This document shows, piece by piece, positions 61,101 to 64,000 of a stretch of 64,000 nucleotides of DNA. Below the pieces are notes generated by a model, which was given only the letters and a program-made list of their open reading frames with translations, did no database searches and was not told where the DNA came from. Numbering within the stretch: the first letter of the stretch is position 1; each line of letters starts with the position of its first letter. Made by a program: the position numbers and the translations under genes. Origin of the DNA: Chlorokybus atmophyticus. Taxonomy: Eukaryota > Plantae > Mesostigma and Chlorokybus algae. The DNA is taken from assembly GCA_009103225.1 (NCBI GenBank), contig RHPI01002533.1:276841-340840 (forward strand). The letters are read 5' to 3'.

Positions 61101-64000
61101 CATACCTTTCTTGTGAAACTGGGATCTCCCTGCATCACGACCTACAGGTTGAGTGCTATAGACAGGGAAGAAATGGAAAAGCAGATCACTTAGTTATTGG
61201 CCAAAGGTTTAATTCAGCAACGTAAACTCCCATACGGCTCTCCCATTCTCTTTGTGAAAGAAGAATGGGAAGCTACGCATGTGTGTGGGTTATCGTGCAC
61301 TAAATAAGTTCACGGTTAAAATAGGTACCCTTTACCTCGCATTGACATGACATGTTAGGCTCATTGTCGGGTAGTAAGTACTTTACATCACTCGATTTGA
61401 CCAGTGGTTATCATCAGATCTGGTTGCATCCTCGCAATGTATACAAGACTGCTTTTAGAGTGCCAATTAGTTATCATTATGACAAGGTGTTGCCGTTTGA
61501 ATTGACTTACGCACCCGCAGTCAGTTTAAGTCGAGATGAATGCTGTGTTTGGCGACTTGCTTAGCAAGATGGTAAAGGACTACTTGGATGACATCATGCT
61601 TAGTAAGAACCTAAATAAACATCAACAACATGTGGCAATCGTGCTTGAGCGGTTGCGAAAGCAAAAGTTGTTTGCCAACCTCAGCAAATGCAACTTTGAC
61701 AAGCAGGAGTTGCCATACTTAGGGCACATTGTTGGTGTTGATGGCATCAAGCCTGATCCTACCAAAGTTAAATTCATGAAAGATTGGCCTACGCCTGGCA
61801 ATCAGCATGAGCTGATGCCATCTCTAGGCTTGGCTAACTACTTTTATTGTTTTATACTCGGTTGCATTTCATTAACTTTGCCGTTGACAACATTGTTGCA
61901 AAAAGGACAATGCTTTACATGGGATGCGAAACACGATGACTTAAACTCAAAAAGCCTGATCAAGCGTGCACTAACATCAGCACTTGTACTGGCAATGCCA
62001 GATTGGAAAAAGCAATTCACTGTGATCCGTGATGCGTCTAAGTTGGGGTGTGGTGCGGTGCTCATGCAAGATGATCGTGTGTGCTTATGAGTCTCACAAA
62101 TTCATTCCGGCTGAGATCAACTATACCACTACTGAGCAAGAACTATTGGGGGTGGTGCATGCACTGAAAATGTGGCGTTGCTATCTAAAAAGCGTACACT
62201 TCAAAGTGAAAAAAGATTACAACCCTCTCGTAACCTTTCAGATTCAACCAATGCCGACTCGTCGCTAGGCACACTGGAATGAGTTCTTGTCTCGTTGAGA
62301 TTTCGAATGGTGCTATCGTCCTGGTCGTATGAATGTGGCAGACCCATTAAGCCGCATACCGGTGATGATTAACAACATTCGGGCATACATCAATGCCGTA
62401 GTTGCTGTGACATCGGACATATCATTCTTGTCATGTGTTAAGACTGGGTACAAGTGTGACCCTTGGTTAACACCCATGAACACGTGAAGGGCCTTGGATT
62501 GCGGAATGGAATATGGTACAAAGGCAATGCGCTTCTCATACTTAACCATGATGGCTTGCGCACTGACTGTGTCGCTATTGTGCATGACCCCCCGCATGGC
62601 GGTCATTTGGGGCGGTCCAAGATTACCGCTGCAACCCAACGACACTTTTACTGGCCCGGGCTGACAGTGGATGGCGATCGGTATGTTGCAACATGCGATG
62701 CATGTCAGCGCAACAAGCCGAGACGGCAAAGAATGTCCGGTCTTTGCAGCCATTGCCTATCCCATCACTAAGTTGGAAGAGTGTTAGTACCTTATCAATG
62801 AGCTACATGAGACAACCTTAGGCCATACAACGATTATGGTGTTTGTGGACTGTCTAACTAAGATAGTTCACTTAGCTCTTTGTCGGACGAACATGGGTGC
62901 TCGGGAAATAGTAATGATGTTCCTCTCCTCCGCTTTCCGTTTGCATGGTGTGCCATGCAACATGGTATCAGATAGAGATCCGAGATTTATGTCTCAGTTC
63001 TAGAGATTATTGTGTGCCTTTTTGCACATTCACCCACACATCAGTACGGCGTTTCAACTCAGATGAATGGGCCAACTGAACGTGCCAACCAGATTGTGGA
63101 AGAGACTTTGACAACATTATGTTGCATCTACATCAGTACGGCTTTTCAACTCAGATGGATGGGCAAACTGAACGTGCCAACCAGATTGTGGAAGAGACTT
63201 TGACAACATTATGTTGCATCTAATCAAACCGGTTGGGATGTCTTCTTGACCATGGCACAATTTGCCATTAATAGTGCTTGACAAGCGAGCATCAACGACA
63301 CACCCTTCTTTGCAAACCATGGCAAACACCAATCGAGGGTGGCTGATCTGAAGTGGCCATTAAGTGAAAAGGTGCTAGCTGCACGCGATCGATCTTGCAA
63401 TGGAGTTGCAATCACGCACGCAACGAGCACGTGAGTGCATGCGTGCGGCGCAAGATCAATACAAAGCGTACGCTGATAAGCATTGGTGTAATGTTGAGTT
63501 TGACACTAGTGCCATGATGTTGCTAAGTACTTTTAAAGCAAAGGGTACCCGCAAACCTATGCCACGCTTTGTGGGACCGTTTGCAGTACGCAAACGAGTT
63601 GGCAAATTCGCATACCGGTTAGAGTTGCCAGCATCGCTGGGAAAGATACATGATATATTTCCCGTGAGCCTCTTTGCAGCCTATCGTGCTAATGGACGGA
63701 CTCAACCCCCACCTCTAGCTGGTATCTTGGATGATAGCGAGGGCCTGGAATATGAGGAATATACTTGATCATAGAAGAGATAAGCACGGGCGCACATCTT
63801 ATTTGGTTAAGTGAAAAGGGTACGGTGTTGAGCACAACACATGTGACCCCCACCGAAACTTTGCAAACTGTTAGCAGGTTCTTTGAGATTACAACTCCCG
63901 CTAGCGTGTGTGCCCACCTCATTATTAATAGGGCGTGTGGCAGCATGTCTTCAGTGTGCAACCCTCGTCCCTCTCTGGAATTGGATCCGGCTGTTGGCAT
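58137..64000 (+). mobile_element. Gypsy-B: degenerate chromovirus (PBS, gag, PR, RT, RH, INT, chromodomain), many stops and frameshifts
   Basis: PBS TGGTATCGGAGC at 58137; KPSKFD..KKW, CASCKKPGH, LLDIAAMHSF, YFTSLDLTSGYHQI, YLDD, YLGHIVG, DASKLGCGAVL, YTTTEQELL, HDPPHGGHLG..CDACQRNK, RFVGPF, chromodomain remnant ~63750-63890; putative 3' LTR from ~63936. Confidence 0.92.

Overview
Eukaryotic, transposon-dense window. Short GT-AG introns, (CA)n/(TG)n tracts, chromoviruses and half-tRNA-primed Copia elements suggest a green alga (inference). Only one ordinary host gene is recognisable: an aromatic-acid-exporter/FUSC/ALMT-like membrane protein at 44.1-48.5 kb. The left 28.8 kb is interpreted as one very large CACTA (En/Spm) DNA transposon. 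Its right end is visible at 28768 (TAGTAGTG = CACTACTA reverse-complemented, preceded by subterminal repeats) and abuts a pogo-type transposase remnant; the left end lies outside the window. Besides the transposase and a TnpA-like gene it carries cargo genes arranged as head-to-head pairs: a spliced zinc-finger + Tudor + phage/bacterial-type C5 cytosine methyltransferase gene about 290 bp from the transposase start, an OTU-protease + gag-like gene, a 170-aa orphan and a poorly defined unit. Two young Copia elements are nested in it. This copy looks dead (premature stops, D>G in the transposase DxMH motif). The rest of the window is nested Gypsy/Copia remnants, a LINE RT fragment, a TIR- and TSD-bounded PIF/Harbinger element, a second CACTA fragment and a degenerate chromovirus. 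All family calls come from motif recognition by eye; no searches were run.
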